Source: Myxococcota bacterium (lineage in GTDB: Bacteria > Myxococcota_A > Polyangia > Polyangiales > Houyiibacteriaceae). From it: a stretch of 64,000 nt of DNA. Below, piece after piece: positions 19,368-30,030 of the stretch (within the stretch, counting starts at the first letter, position 1; each line of letters starts with the position of its first letter). The notes under the pieces are model-generated. The model ran no database searches. It was not told where the DNA came from and saw nothing but the letters and a program-made list of their open reading frames with translations. The translations under genes and the position numbers were made by a program. The stretch covers positions 70,920-134,919 of the forward strand of contig JBCCEA010000007.1 in NCBI GenBank assembly GCA_039030515.1, in the 5' to 3' direction.

Positions 19368-20498
19368 GTGACGGATGGCCACTCGATCGTAAGCAGCACA
19401 GCGCCTCGGAGTGCGCTCCGGGACGCGAGGCGGATCGTCGTCAAGATCGGAAGTCGATCCCTAGTCGAAGCGGAGGGTCGATTTGCTCTTCTCTCAAAGC
19501 AGCTTCAGGCGATGCGAGATCGAGGGTGCATGGTGGTACTCGTTTCGTCGGGCGCGATCGCGCTCGGGATCGACCGCCTCGAGCTCTTGGAGCGTCCAGG
19601 GTCTATCGCCGGACTGCAGGCGGTCGCCGCGGTCGGTCAAACCGAACTGATGCGTCGCTGGGAGCATGCATTGGCCGAATGTGGGATGGCGAGTGCACAG
19701 GTTCTTCTCACCCATGCGGATTTATCCGATCGGGATCGCTACCTTCACGTGCGCTCTGCGATCGATGCGATGCTCGATCTTCAGGCGCTGCCGATCATCA
19801 ACGAGAACGATACGGTCGGCTTTGAAGAGATTCGCTTTGGAGACAACGATCAGCTTGCTGCGATGGTGGCCACCCTCGTCGGCGCGGACCTCCTGCTCTT
19901 GCTCACCCACACCGAGGGGCTCCTCGATGCCGAGAACCGATGTATCCCGCTAGTGCAGGATATCGAACAGGCGCGAACAGCGATCCGTCCTGAAAAGAGT
20001 ACGCAAGGCAGTGGAGGGATGGCGAGCAAAGTCGATGCTGCGGTCCGTGCGACCCGACGCGGCGTGCCCGTCGTAGTCGCTTCTGCTTCAGAGCGGGAGG
20101 TGCTTACCCGCATTGTGGACGGAGATCGTCTCGGAACTTTATTTTTGCCGGTCGGTGCTCCGATGGCGAGCCGGAAGCACTGGATCGCCTACACCCTCCG
20201 CTCCAAAGGACAACTGTTTTTAGACGCGGGCGCGATACGGGCGGTCGTCCATGAAAAGAGAAGCCTGCTTCCCGCAGGTGTGGTCGCGGTGCGTGGAGAC
20301 TTTGAGCCCGGCGATGCGGTCGATCTCTGCACGATGGAGGGCATCGAAGTCGCAAAAGGACTGGTTCGTTACGAAGTGGGAGACGTAGCCCGGCTTGCCG
20401 GGGCGCATTCTCGAGATATCGAAGAGCGAACGGGAAGATTTGGCGGAGAGGCGCTGGTTCATCGCAACGATATGGTGGTACTCGATGCATATGGATGA
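19368..20498 (+). CDS. proB: Glutamate 5-kinase with PUA domain
   Basis: VVKIGS, VSSGAIA, PIINEND, FGDNDQL, GSGGMASK, PUA SLLPAGV; start approximate. Confidence 0.96.
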   Translation: MTDGHSIVSSTAPRSALRDARRIVVKIGSRSLVEAEGRFALLSKQLQAMRDRGCMVVLVSSGAIALGIDRLELLERPGSIAGLQAVAAVGQTELMRRWEHALAECGMASAQVLLTHADLSDRDRYLHVRSAIDAMLDLQALPIINENDTVGFEEIRFGDNDQLAAMVATLVGADLLLLLTHTEGLLDAENRCIPLVQDIEQARTAIRPEKSTQGSGGMASKVDAAVRATRRGVPVVVASASEREVLTRIVDGDRLGTLFLPVGAPMASRKHWIAYTLRSKGQLFLDAGAIRAVVHEKRSLLPAGVVAVRGDFEPGDAVDLCTMEGIEVAKGLVRYEVGDVARLAGAHSRDIEERTGRFGGEALVHRNDMVVLDAYG

Positions 20499-21756
20499 GG
20501 AAGTCTATCGGACCGTTCGGGTTCTGGCAGAACGCGCAAGGCCGGCTGCTCGAACATTGGGTCATGTCGATACCGCAAAGAAAAATGCCCTGCTGCGAGC
20601 CGTGGCCGAAGCGCTCCGAGGTGAGGCTCAGGACGAAGTGCTCTCGGCCAACGCTGTCGACGTGGAGGCGGCTCGCGGCAGCGGTCTTACCTCGGCGATG
20701 ATCGAGCGACTTGTGCTCGACCGCACACGACTGCTGCAGGTGGCGGATGGGTTGGATGACCTTGCGAAACTACCCGATCCGGTCGGGGAAATCGTGCAGA
20801 TGCGTATGCTCGAAAGCGGCCTTCAGGCGGGTCGAATGCGGGTCCCCTTGGGGGTGATCGCCATGATTTACGAATCAAGACCCAACGTCACCGCCGATGC
20901 GGCTGCCCTGTGCCTCAAAAGCGGCAACGCGGTGATCCTGCGCGGTGGGAGCGAGGCTTTTCGCAGCAATCAAGCGATCGCAGGGGTTTTTCGCCGGGCG
21001 CTCGATGTCGCGGGCATGCCCACGCACGCGGTTCAGCTTGTGCCGACAACGCAGCGTGAGGCTACAAAGGCCTTGATCGGCTTGACCGGTCTCATCGATC
21101 TGGTGATCCCGCGGGGTGGCGAGCCTTTAATCCGTTTCGTCACTGAACATGCCACCGTACCCGTCATTCAGCACTTCAAGGGCGTGTGCCATCTGTACGT
21201 CGATGGAGACGCCGACTTCGATATGGCTGAGAAAATCGCACTCAACGCGAAATGTCAGCGTCCTGGAGTATGCAATGCGATGGAGACGCTGCTGATCGAC
21301 CGAGCGTGCGCCGCATCCTTTTTACCTCAAATCCTCTCAAGGCTCGCGGAGCACAAGGTGGAGGTTCGAGGCGACTCGGGAGTCTGCGCTCTTGCTCCGG
21401 AGACGCAACAGGCATCCGAAAAAGATTGGGATACCGAGTACCTCGACCTCACCCTTTCGATTTCCATCGTGGAGGGAATCGATGGAGCGCTCTCCCATAT
21501 CGACAAGCATGGATCGCATCACACCGAAGCGATCGTGACCTCGAGCTATGCCAAGGCTCGCAGGTTTGTTCGAGAGGTAGACGCAAGCTGCGTGTTTGTG
21601 AACGCATCCACTCGATTCAACGACGGATCTCAGTTAGGTCTTGGCGCTGAAATCGGCATCAGTACCTCAAAGATGCACGCCTACGGGCCCATGGGTCTGT
21701 CGGAACTGTGCACCCTGAAGTGGATCGGGTACGGTGAGGGACACATACGCAATTAG
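20491..21756 (+). CDS. proA: Gamma-glutamyl phosphate reductase
   Basis: PLGVIAMIYESRPNVT, IPRGG, RPGVCNAMETL, NASTRFNDG, GAEIGIST. Confidence 0.97.
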   Translation: MDEEVYRTVRVLAERARPAARTLGHVDTAKKNALLRAVAEALRGEAQDEVLSANAVDVEAARGSGLTSAMIERLVLDRTRLLQVADGLDDLAKLPDPVGEIVQMRMLESGLQAGRMRVPLGVIAMIYESRPNVTADAAALCLKSGNAVILRGGSEAFRSNQAIAGVFRRALDVAGMPTHAVQLVPTTQREATKALIGLTGLIDLVIPRGGEPLIRFVTEHATVPVIQHFKGVCHLYVDGDADFDMAEKIALNAKCQRPGVCNAMETLLIDRACAASFLPQILSRLAEHKVEVRGDSGVCALAPETQQASEKDWDTEYLDLTLSISIVEGIDGALSHIDKHGSHHTEAIVTSSYAKARRFVREVDASCVFVNASTRFNDGSQLGLGAEIGISTSKMHAYGPMGLSELCTLKWIGYGEGHIRN

Positions 21757-21766
21757 GAGGAATCGT

Positions 21767-22183
21767 TTGGGAGCAAAGACCGGTCACGCGCAGGTTCAGT
21801 CAATCGAAGGTGAGACAAGCGAACTCGGACGGCAGCTGGCCCTCGCGATCGTCTCAGCGGGTTTGGAAAAAAAAGCCCTACAGACCGAGGTCATCGACGT
21901 TCGCGGCAAGATCGACTACGCGGACTACGTTGTCGTTATGAGTGGACGCAGCGAGAGGCAGGTCTCTTCGATCGCAAAGGAGATCCAAAGGCGTGTTCGT
22001 ACTGAGCTGGGTCAAAGATGCGTCGGGATAGAGGGTTTGCCTCGTGGTGAGTGGGTGCTGATGGATTTCTCTGACGTGATCGTGCACGTCTTTCACGAGG
22101 ACACGCGCGGATACTACGATCTCGAGTCTCTTTGGATCGATGCGGCGCGTATTGCCCCTGTTGAGATGGAGACCGTGTGTTGA
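21767..22183 (+). CDS. rsfS: Ribosome silencing factor
   Basis: DYVVVMSGRSERQV, WVLMDFSDVIVHVF, YYDLESLW; AGGAGG then TTG at 21767. Confidence 0.94.
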   Translation: MGAKTGHAQVQSIEGETSELGRQLALAIVSAGLEKKALQTEVIDVRGKIDYADYVVVMSGRSERQVSSIAKEIQRRVRTELGQRCVGIEGLPRGEWVLMDFSDVIVHVFHEDTRGYYDLESLWIDAARIAPVEMETVC

Positions 22184-22260
22184 GCCCGAGCCGCACTATG
22201 AGCACGCGCGCTGTCCGCCGCTTGGTCGAACGAGCGCCCCAATAAAGCGGAGACGAATCC

Positions 22261-22701
22261 GTGCAGGTCCGTATCGTCGCGGTAGGCAAGATTCGCAAAG
22301 GTGGTTTGCGTGAAGTGCTCGACGACTACTTCAGTCGCATCAAACGTTATGTGCGTTTCGAAGAGATCGAGCTCCGCGATGATCGGCCCAGCGTGCTTCT
22401 CGAGCGACTTAAACGGGAGTTCGACCCGCGCACCCGGGTGGTCGCGATGGAAGTCCAGGGTCGAACCATGACCAGCGGAGACCTTGCGGACTACCTCGGC
22501 GGTGGAGAGCACGCCGGTGTTCAACGTCTGACCTGCCTTATCGGCGGTGCGTACGGCTTGCCGTCCGTGCTTTCTGAGCAGGCCGATCTCCAGCTCTCAC
22601 TGTCTCGGATGACCTTGCCGCACCGCCTCGCGCGTCTCGTGCTGGCAGAGCAGCTCTACCGCGCCTACACGATCCTCCGTTGCGAGCCCTACGCGCACTG
22701 A
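22261..22701 (+). CDS. rlmH: 23S rRNA pseudouridine-1915 N3-methyltransferase
   Basis: IVAVGK, IGGAYGL, LSLSRMTLPHRLARLVLAEQLYRA, PYAH. Confidence 0.95.
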   Translation: MQVRIVAVGKIRKGGLREVLDDYFSRIKRYVRFEEIELRDDRPSVLLERLKREFDPRTRVVAMEVQGRTMTSGDLADYLGGGEHAGVQRLTCLIGGAYGLPSVLSEQADLQLSLSRMTLPHRLARLVLAEQLYRAYTILRCEPYAH

Positions 22702-22792
22702 TCGACTTGGTAGGCAGTCTGACGCACCCGATGGTTCAGCTGAGGGTACCGTCGGCCGGCAAGCTTCGCGTGCCCCACAAGGCGCTCCGTGG

Positions 22793-23431
22793 TCAGGGCG
22801 TGCGGCACAATGCGATGCGGCATACCCTGAGGGCGCCGGCGGCATAGAGCGCTCGCTCCGCATCGTTTAAGGTGGCCCCCGTAGTGATGACGTCGTCGAC
22901 CAGCAAGATCGAGGCTGAGGGTCGATGGCCGCGAAACAGACCACTTCGTGCTCGGCGATCCAAACCGCTGCCGCCGGCTTGTGGAGGCAGGTCGCACGTG
23001 CGTTTCAGGGCATGCCATTCGATGGGAACGGCAAGTCGTTTCGCGATAGGACGGGCGAGGAGGGCGCTCTGATTGTAGCCCCGTTTGCGTAGTTTTCGGG
23101 GGTGAAGCGGGATGGGAACGACTGCATCGATGGTGCCGCCGAAGCGATCGCATGCGAGTGTCGTCATCGCCCTTGCGAGCGGAACCGATAGGTCGCTCCT
23201 ACCGCCATACTTAAACCTGCGAACTGCGTCGGCAGCGGGCCCCAGATAGCGAAAGACGGCGGGTCCCAACGTTTCTCTCTCTACGAGTGGTGCGCAGGCG
23301 TCACAAAACACGGAGCCGGATCGCTTGGGCTCGAATACGACCGAGTCGCAGGCCACGCATGTGGCCGGAGCGATCAAGGAGAGCATGCTTTCGAAGGCTT
23401 GTGTGCAGCCATTCAGGGTAAACTTGGTCAT
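22793..23431 (-). CDS. ComF family phosphoribosyltransferase-like protein
   Basis: CVAC..CDAC zinc ribbon, FKY, VPIPLH..RGYNQS, LLVDDVITTGATL; start uncertain. Confidence 0.9.
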   Translation of the reverse strand: MTKFTLNGCTQAFESMLSLIAPATCVACDSVVFEPKRSGSVFCDACAPLVERETLGPAVFRYLGPAADAVRRFKYGGRSDLSVPLARAMTTLACDRFGGTIDAVVPIPLHPRKLRKRGYNQSALLARPIAKRLAVPIEWHALKRTCDLPPQAGGSGLDRRARSGLFRGHRPSASILLVDDVITTGATLNDAERALYAAGALRVCRIALCRTP

Positions 23432-23570
23432 ACTCGATACTTCGGATTCGACCGGGGTACGTATGCGATTCATCTGAGACTTAACGCACAGAGTCGCTCG
23501 TTTGCTTCCTCCTTGGCACTGCTGGAGTTCCCGTGGCACGCTCCGCCGCTCGGAGAAATCGATCCTTTTC

Positions 23571-24062
23571 ATGGGGAAGAAAAAGAATAAGGAGACACCC
23601 GGAGAAGTCCTCGTCTGCCGAAATCCGAAGGCGGTAAAAAGCTACGACTTTGAAGAACGATATGAGGCAGGGCTCGTCTTGTCGGGCTCAGAGGTCAAAA
23701 GCATGCGCGAGCGGAGGGCGGATCTGGAGGGCGCCTACGCCTCCGTGCACGGTGACGAGGTATTCCTGCACAAAATGCACGTGGCGCCCTATCTCCATGC
23801 CGGTGCCTTTGGTCACGAGCCTCGACGCACTCGAAAGCTGCTGCTGCATCGACATGAGATCGAGCGTATTCGCGGACGCCTGGTTCAAAAAGGGTATGCT
23901 CTGGTGCCGTTGCAAGTTTATTTCAAGAAGGGTTTTGCAAAGGTGCAGGTGGGCCTCGGCAAAGGACGCACGAAGGGGGACCAGCGTCATGAGCTCCGCA
24001 AGCAGCTCGATTTGAAAGAGGCTCGCGCTGCGGTACGCAAGATTCACGAGCGCGATCAATAG
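23571..24062 (+). CDS. smpB: SsrA-binding protein
   Basis: YEAGLVLSGSEVKSMR, EPRRTRKLLLHRHEI, LVPLQVYFK. Confidence 0.96.
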   Translation: MGKKKNKETPGEVLVCRNPKAVKSYDFEERYEAGLVLSGSEVKSMRERRADLEGAYASVHGDEVFLHKMHVAPYLHAGAFGHEPRRTRKLLLHRHEIERIRGRLVQKGYALVPLQVYFKKGFAKVQVGLGKGRTKGDQRHELRKQLDLKEARAAVRKIHERDQ

Positions 24063-24118
24063 GTCACGACCCTGCAGTCGCATGCAGTTTGTGCCGTGAT
24101 TCGCGTGCAGGGGCGACG

Positions 24119-24379
24119 ATGATTCAGGTTAGGGTAGGCGAATTGGCCGGAACGCTGGAGACGCTTGAGGGCGAGGTCGTTACTTTGCGTCTCGACGGAT
24201 CGGTAGCGCCTGGTGCTCCAAAGACCATGATCGCGCTGCTTGAGGACGGTGCGCTGGAGCTTCAGGGTAAGTGCGTGGGAGGTCGACGTCACGGAGAGGG
24301 AGTCTTCGTCGTTCAATTTCGGCTCACGAATCTTCGACGTCAGGTTCGAAAAACGCTCTCAGATGCTCTGAAGATCTAG
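24119..24379 (+). CDS. Small hypothetical beta-barrel (PilZ-like) protein
   Basis: 86 aa, alternating beta pattern followed by a C-terminal helix. Confidence 0.6.
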   Translation: MIQVRVGELAGTLETLEGEVVTLRLDGSVAPGAPKTMIALLEDGALELQGKCVGGRRHGEGVFVVQFRLTNLRRQVRKTLSDALKI

Positions 24380-24550
24380 TCAACCTCGCTTGCGGACACC
24401 GGCCGGCCTGCTGTGCGTCGCATGCGGCTCTCTACGGACCGGCTGCGGAGATGCCTCTGCCATCCTTATTTCTGGGGCGGAGTAAAGGGTTGTACTTCTA
24501 GGCTAATGTCTGCATATTTATAGGGACAGTAGAATGCTACTCCGGGGGGC

Positions 24551-24862
24551 GTGGTCATGGCAGAGTCGGTAGTGTTTCGACGGGTACTTGAAGAACTAAG
24601 TACGTTTGTCACCCGCCCAAAAGCTGAGGCGATCTTAAACGATTGTTTGGAAGAACACGGCATGATCGCCCGCAAGTTTGACGGATACGACGTGCGCATG
24701 ATTCTCCTGGAATCACTGCCTCGTCGTCTGGGAGTGCTCGTCGATTCGCAATCGATGCCCGCCGTGGTGCGGAGCCTAGAGTTCGCCTTAGTGGATATCC
24801 ACAACCCAAAGCAGGCGCGTCGGCGACGGGCGAGTAAGAAATCCTTCCCCCGGGTTATCTGA
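24551..24862 (+). CDS. Hypothetical protein
   Basis: About 103 aa helical ORF after an AT-richer upstream region. Confidence 0.65.
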   Translation: MVMAESVVFRRVLEELSTFVTRPKAEAILNDCLEEHGMIARKFDGYDVRMILLESLPRRLGVLVDSQSMPAVVRSLEFALVDIHNPKQARRRRASKKSFPRVI

Positions 24863-24884
24863 ACTACCGAATCATTTCGCTGAA

Positions 24885-25228
24885 CGCGCCGGAAGCGAAG
24901 GCGTACTTAAAGTACGTTGAGCTTTGAGCATGGGAGGCAAGCGGCTGTTTGGGCCGACTCAGCGACCACCCCCCAGCGGGTCTAGGTTGGTTCAAACAGC
25001 CAGCGCCCCCGACCAGCGCGTCTCGATGGGTTTGAACGCCCAGCGCCCCGCACGCGCAGACGTGAAGGAGTAGTTTTGCTACTACGAACGTCGAGCATGG
25101 GAGGTAAGCGGGCTTTGAGGCCTAGCGAGACGCGCTGGGGCGAGGAGGAGGAGGGTACGAGTGGGTACCTGACGACGAGGAGCAAGGCGGCAAGCGGCTG
25201 TTTGGGCCGACATAGGCCCGCTGGGGGG
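24885..25228. repeat. Intergenic modular palindromic repeat cluster (REP/BIME-like), locus A
   Basis: Three related units around a central xGTAx-loop-xTACx hairpin; shares sequence with 40429-40880 and 63620-64000. Confidence 0.88.
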
Positions 25229-26710
25229 TTAGTCGCACGGCAGTTCCCAACCCCCACCAGGCAACAAAATCGCTCCTGTCGCTCGCTCGAGGTCTGCAAG
25301 GGCGACCATTCGATCCCGTAGGGCGAGAAGATGACTGAATCTATTGGTGAAGTAGGCTTGCACTGCATCCACTAGATCTTTGGCGCTCATCGTGCCTACT
25401 TGGTAGGCCTGCCCGGCGGAAACAAACCATCTGCGGGTTTGTCGTTCACCTTCCGAGAACGCCGCTTCGCGACGGTTGGCATCTGTGACCGCGTAGTACG
25501 CGGTGGAAATCTCCAGCTCCATGCCGCGCCTGGCTTCCTCGCTCTTCGCTAAAGTTTCCGCCAGCTGCGCTCGCGATCGGCGCATGCGATGCAGGTTGCC
25601 CCAAAGATCGAGCGACCATGTGGCTACCAGGGCAACGCCTAGGTCGTTTCGGTTGGCACGGTCTACCACAAATGGGTTTTCCTGATCCGTTCGTGCGGGG
25701 CCTACCGCTGCGCGCGCCTGATAGCCAAAGACGAAGTCGGGAGCCAGTTGTGCACGTGCGATTTGTAGCTGCGAGTTTAGCGCTGATTGTGCCGCACGCA
25801 GTCGGCCAAACTCAGGCCGGCGTTGAACCCCTGCTACATATTCCTGTAGAGGGGAGAGCTGGACATCGACTTTCGCCATCGGACAGTCGCTGATGGTGAC
25901 TTCATCGAGTCCCGTAAGGGTGGTGAGTGCGCTTCGGGATGACTCTTCGAGCCGTCTGGCCTCAGAGGTTCGGGCTTCGATTTCGGCTGTCGCGGCTTCG
26001 ATTCGGTAGGTGTCGATTTCATCGACCTCCGTACTCCCTTGCTCCAATTGTTGCCGCAGCTTTGCCGCTGCCCGACGCAGGCGTCTTGTTCCCTCCGAAA
26101 GCATCTGGAGGGTGTCGAGTGCCAGCTGGAGTGAAAAGTAGGCGCGGCGTACGTTGTACCGCAGTTCCGATCTTGCCTGTTCGAATCCAAACTCTGCTGC
26201 GGAGATTCCTGCTCGGGCTGCCCTGCGGGCGTGCCTTAGTTTCCCAAATGTGAACAGGGGGATGATGCCCTCGACGCCCACTCTGTACACGGGTCCCCAG
26301 CCGTTTCCGAACGCTTCCTGAGTGCTGTCGCTAAACACCGCAGTTCCTCGTGCGCCGGGTGCCATCGTGAAGCTGAACGTGCCTTGTCCCTGGAAAAACG
26401 GTGAAACGGTAGCAGTTCCAAGCTGGGCTTCTGCAGCTTCGATGGCGTGCTGACAGGCGGTCAAACTGGGATAGGTTTGCTCCGCCTCCTCGATGAGCGC
26501 GCTAAGGCTAAGTCGGTTTGGCTCGAGTCGTGAGCTATCGACTCCGCTCGAGGGGACTTGGTCAGAGTCGGAAATCCATTCCTCTGTAAGTTGATGCTCC
26601 GCGCTAGACTGAGCGTCTGCTTCGTGGTTCTGTGCCGTTGTCGCCAGAGGCATCGAAATGCCCAGTGCCGCGATGGAGCATTGAATCCAGGGGCGATGTT
26701 GAATCGTCAA
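25229..26710 (-). CDS. TolC family outer membrane protein
   Basis: PLFTFGK, coiled-coil repeats, YQVGTMSAKDLVDA, ADLERATG; TTG at 26710 overlaps the skp stop. Confidence 0.88.
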   Translation of the reverse strand: MTIQHRPWIQCSIAALGISMPLATTAQNHEADAQSSAEHQLTEEWISDSDQVPSSGVDSSRLEPNRLSLSALIEEAEQTYPSLTACQHAIEAAEAQLGTATVSPFFQGQGTFSFTMAPGARGTAVFSDSTQEAFGNGWGPVYRVGVEGIIPLFTFGKLRHARRAARAGISAAEFGFEQARSELRYNVRRAYFSLQLALDTLQMLSEGTRRLRRAAAKLRQQLEQGSTEVDEIDTYRIEAATAEIEARTSEARRLEESSRSALTTLTGLDEVTISDCPMAKVDVQLSPLQEYVAGVQRRPEFGRLRAAQSALNSQLQIARAQLAPDFVFGYQARAAVGPARTDQENPFVVDRANRNDLGVALVATWSLDLWGNLHRMRRSRAQLAETLAKSEEARRGMELEISTAYYAVTDANRREAAFSEGERQTRRWFVSAGQAYQVGTMSAKDLVDAVQAYFTNRFSHLLALRDRMVALADLERATGAILLPGGGWELPCD

Positions 26711-27261
26711 CGCCTCTTTGATGCGGCTCCGCCGTTCGACTCTGCGCCGGAGTTGTAGCGTTGAATCACCGCATCCGTGAGATCCAGGTTGCTCGGCACC
26801 CAAACAACGCCTCCCTCGTTCCGCTCCAAGATGAGCGTGTAACCCTCAGCCTGTCCGATTCGTCGAAGAATTTCCTGCATGCGTTCGAGGATGCGTTTGG
26901 TTAGCTGACCCTCTTTCGCTGCAAGCTCACGTTGGTATTCCACGTAGGTGGTTTGAAGCTCTACAAAAGCTTTTTGGTACTGTTCGAGGCGCTGTTCTAA
27001 CGCTTCTCTACTGAGTACGTTCTTTTGTTTTTCGATCTCTTCTTTAAGGAGCTTTAGATCATTTTGCTGCTTGTCGAGGAACTGCTGTCGTCGCTTGAAA
27101 AGCGTCTTTAGTTGAGCCTTCGCGCGCCGACCATCCTCGGTTTCGTTCAGGGCACGCTGTAGGTCGACCGTCGCGACACGCATCTGAGCGTAGACGCTGG
27201 GTGCTACTGCAGAGATCAGCAGTGCGATGATAAGGGTAACGGCTTGGCGCGACAGGCTCAT
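26707..27261 (-). CDS. skp: OmpH/Skp periplasmic chaperone
   Basis: Signal peptide, VATVDLQRAL, long coiled coil, DLTDAVIQRYN; follows bamA. Confidence 0.92.
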   Translation of the reverse strand: MSLSRQAVTLIIALLISAVAPSVYAQMRVATVDLQRALNETEDGRRAKAQLKTLFKRRQQFLDKQQNDLKLLKEEIEKQKNVLSREALEQRLEQYQKAFVELQTTYVEYQRELAAKEGQLTKRILERMQEILRRIGQAEGYTLILERNEGGVVWVPSNLDLTDAVIQRYNSGAESNGGAASKRR

Positions 27262-27355
27262 TCAGTGTCCTTTCGAGCGGTTTTGCTACCTGTTGAGCTG
27301 TATTCGGTCAAGGGAAAGCTCGCATATCGCGATAGAACGAATCCAAAACGAATCT

Positions 27356-29926
27356 TCAAAAGAAGTTTCCAATAGTGAACTCGAAACGCATGTCGCGCTC
27401 GAAGGAGCGTGGATGAAACGGCAGACCCCATTCAAATCGGAGAGGACCTAGGGGACTGAACCAACGGAAACCAAAACCCCAGGAAGTACGTAGCCGAGTG
27501 ACGTCAATACTGCATCGATCCGAGAAATCATCTTCTTGAGTCGTGGCGGGGCCTGCGCAAATCTTATCCTCTAGGTTCCACGCATTGCCGCCGTCGGTGA
27601 ATACAAGCCCTCGAATCCCGACCGTCTCGACGATCGGAAACTCCAGCTCTACGTTGTAAAATGCTTGAAGGTTGCCTCCAACTGCGATCCCGTCTTCGTC
27701 GACAAGGTCGACATTCGGGTCAAATTCGGTCTGGAGTCCCAGGCGTGGCCCCAGGCTATTGAGCCTGAATCCACGAACGTTGAAGATCCCCCCGAGGTAG
27801 AACCGTTCGAAGATCGGCACTCCGATGTCTCGACGGGATGTGATCAGACCAAGTTCGGTGTTTACCTTGAGCGTGAGAAAATTAAATAGCTGTTTATAGT
27901 AGCGGAAGAATCCAGTGCTTCGAACGAAGATGTTTTGAGAACCAAACATCGATTCGGATACCTCAGTGGATGCCGAGGCGAAGATGCCGTCGGTTGCGGT
28001 AATGCGATTGTCCCTCGAATCCCACGAGAGTCCGAAGCGAACGGAGCTCGTGAAGCCGTCTCGCTGCAGTCCGTCCAGAGGAATGGTGTTGAATATTCTT
28101 GCACCAGAAGCGTTTGCGTTGCCGAAAAAGCCTGCGGTTCGCGCAGCGATGTCGACCATTTCAGCCCGGTACTGCAAAAAGAACCGGAAACGCGGGTCAC
28201 GTATGGGATGCCCGATGGTGACGCTTCCACCATTTGATCGTCGAACAAAGTCAGTGAAGTTTCGAACTGTAGAGAATCCCTCCACCGACAGGCTCCATTG
28301 CGTACCCAAAAACCAGGGTTCGGTCAGACGCACCTGTATGAGCTGGCGGATTCCGGAGAGCTGTAGCTGTAGGGCCAGTGCCTGCCCACGGCCGAATAGA
28401 TTTTGCTGCTGGATTTGGGCGGTAAGTATGAAGCTCTCGATAGAAGAGAATCCTGCACCTACTTGGAACGTTCCGGTGGATCGTTCCGCAACTTCCACGT
28501 TGACGATGATCTGGTTTGGGGTGCTGCCGGCTTCCTCCGACATATCCACTCGTTCAAAGTACCCGAGTGCGTTGATGCGTCTGCGTCCGCGTTCGAGTTT
28601 GGTTTGGTTGTAAAGCGCGCCTTCACTGATCGGGATTTCACGGCGTATGACGGGATCCCGGGTCTTGGTGTTTCCCTGTACGTTGATGCGCTCGATATAG
28701 ACTAGAGGGCCACGTCTGATAACGACGACCACGTCGACCCGCTCCTCTTCTAAATCGAGATCTGTGTCGGGCAGCATGTCTACTGCTGCATACCCGGCAT
28801 CGCGATAGGTGCGCGTAATAGATTGCAGCGATAGTGCGATCTTTGATCGACTAAACCACTGTCCCTCTTCGGTATCGAGTTGCTTGAGTATGGTTGCGCG
28901 TCCGCCCAACGGCTCGACCTCGTCGCCGTTCGCGTCGACTTCACGAACTTGAACGGATCCGACCTTGAACCGGGGTCCTTCCTCGATAGGAACTGTGATG
29001 TCTACGTAGCTTCGGTCCGGCGTGAGTTCGATGCTGGGGGTGCCGACTGCAACGCCTAGATATCCTTTGTCGTAATAGTAGGCCTGAAGACGGGTGACGT
29101 CCTCGTCGAAGGCGGTTCGGTTGAACGCATTGTTGCTGGCGATGAACGAAAAGAACCCGGTTTCACTCGTTTGCATAATCGAGTTGAGCTCTTCCGAGTC
29201 GATGTTTTTATTCCCCACAAATCGGATGCGGCGAACGATAACCTCGTCACCCTCATCGATATCAAAGCGCACATCGATCTCGTTTTTATCTCCTTCCACG
29301 GGAACAAGCTCGTAGTCGATTCGAGCTAGAAAAAAGCCTTCCTCAGCGTATTTGTCGCGGATTTTCGTGACGTTCCTGCGAACCGTCGGCACCGACAAGA
29401 TGGCACCTTCGCCGAGGGTGACGATCTCATCGAGATCTTCTTCATCTACCTCGTCATTGCCCGCAAACACCACGTTGCGTATCGCTGGGCGCTCTCGGAT
29501 CCTCACGGTGAGTACAACCGCCCCTGCTTCTTGCTGCGCGTCGAAGACGATATCGTCGAAAAACCCAAGCGACCAGAGCGCGCGAGCGTCACGGGTCACA
29601 GCCTCGTCCGTACAGAGACTGCCGGATTGGAGCTCAAGCGTTGCAAGGACGTCTTCAGCTTCGACGCGCCGGTTTCCCTCCACCCGAATGTCTTGAATGC
29701 GTCGGCCGTGGCACACGGTGCGGGGTATGCGAATGCCCTCTTCTGCAGACTCGGTTGGCGTGTAGGACGCTTGGTCCGATGTGGCGTCGCCCTCTTCAGT
29801 TTCTGTCTCCGCCTCCTCTTCGCCGGAGACCTCGAGCTGAGCATTCGCTTCGACCGATAAGGTAAGGGTCGAAAGAATAGGGACCGCAAAGAACCATAGA
29901 AAAAATGGGAGGCCGAGCCGCTTCAT
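27356..29926 (-). CDS. bamA: Outer membrane protein assembly factor
   Basis: POTRA repeats, GNTKTRDPVIRREI, VRGF, SPLGPLRF, C-terminal FTIGNFF. Confidence 0.97.
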   Translation of the reverse strand: MKRLGLPFFLWFFAVPILSTLTLSVEANAQLEVSGEEEAETETEEGDATSDQASYTPTESAEEGIRIPRTVCHGRRIQDIRVEGNRRVEAEDVLATLELQSGSLCTDEAVTRDARALWSLGFFDDIVFDAQQEAGAVVLTVRIRERPAIRNVVFAGNDEVDEEDLDEIVTLGEGAILSVPTVRRNVTKIRDKYAEEGFFLARIDYELVPVEGDKNEIDVRFDIDEGDEVIVRRIRFVGNKNIDSEELNSIMQTSETGFFSFIASNNAFNRTAFDEDVTRLQAYYYDKGYLGVAVGTPSIELTPDRSYVDITVPIEEGPRFKVGSVQVREVDANGDEVEPLGGRATILKQLDTEEGQWFSRSKIALSLQSITRTYRDAGYAAVDMLPDTDLDLEEERVDVVVVIRRGPLVYIERINVQGNTKTRDPVIRREIPISEGALYNQTKLERGRRRINALGYFERVDMSEEAGSTPNQIIVNVEVAERSTGTFQVGAGFSSIESFILTAQIQQQNLFGRGQALALQLQLSGIRQLIQVRLTEPWFLGTQWSLSVEGFSTVRNFTDFVRRSNGGSVTIGHPIRDPRFRFFLQYRAEMVDIAARTAGFFGNANASGARIFNTIPLDGLQRDGFTSSVRFGLSWDSRDNRITATDGIFASASTEVSESMFGSQNIFVRSTGFFRYYKQLFNFLTLKVNTELGLITSRRDIGVPIFERFYLGGIFNVRGFRLNSLGPRLGLQTEFDPNVDLVDEDGIAVGGNLQAFYNVELEFPIVETVGIRGLVFTDGGNAWNLEDKICAGPATTQEDDFSDRCSIDVTRLRTSWGFGFRWFSPLGPLRFEWGLPFHPRSFERDMRFEFTIGNFF

Positions 29927-30030
29927 GAGTGCAATCGAGACGTTCCCGAAGTTGTCGGGGCTTTAGCCGTCGGGGGAAGTTGGGTCAAGGCTGGGCTCGG
30001 TTTCGTACCGCGGGTTGGAGGCGCGGGCCT

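Noticed and set aside
24982..25368. Short ORFs within the repeat clusters (also 40537-40758) and the many antisense ORFs in the track
   Set aside because: They derive from repeat sequence or shadow well-supported genes in GC-rich DNA; no protein motifs
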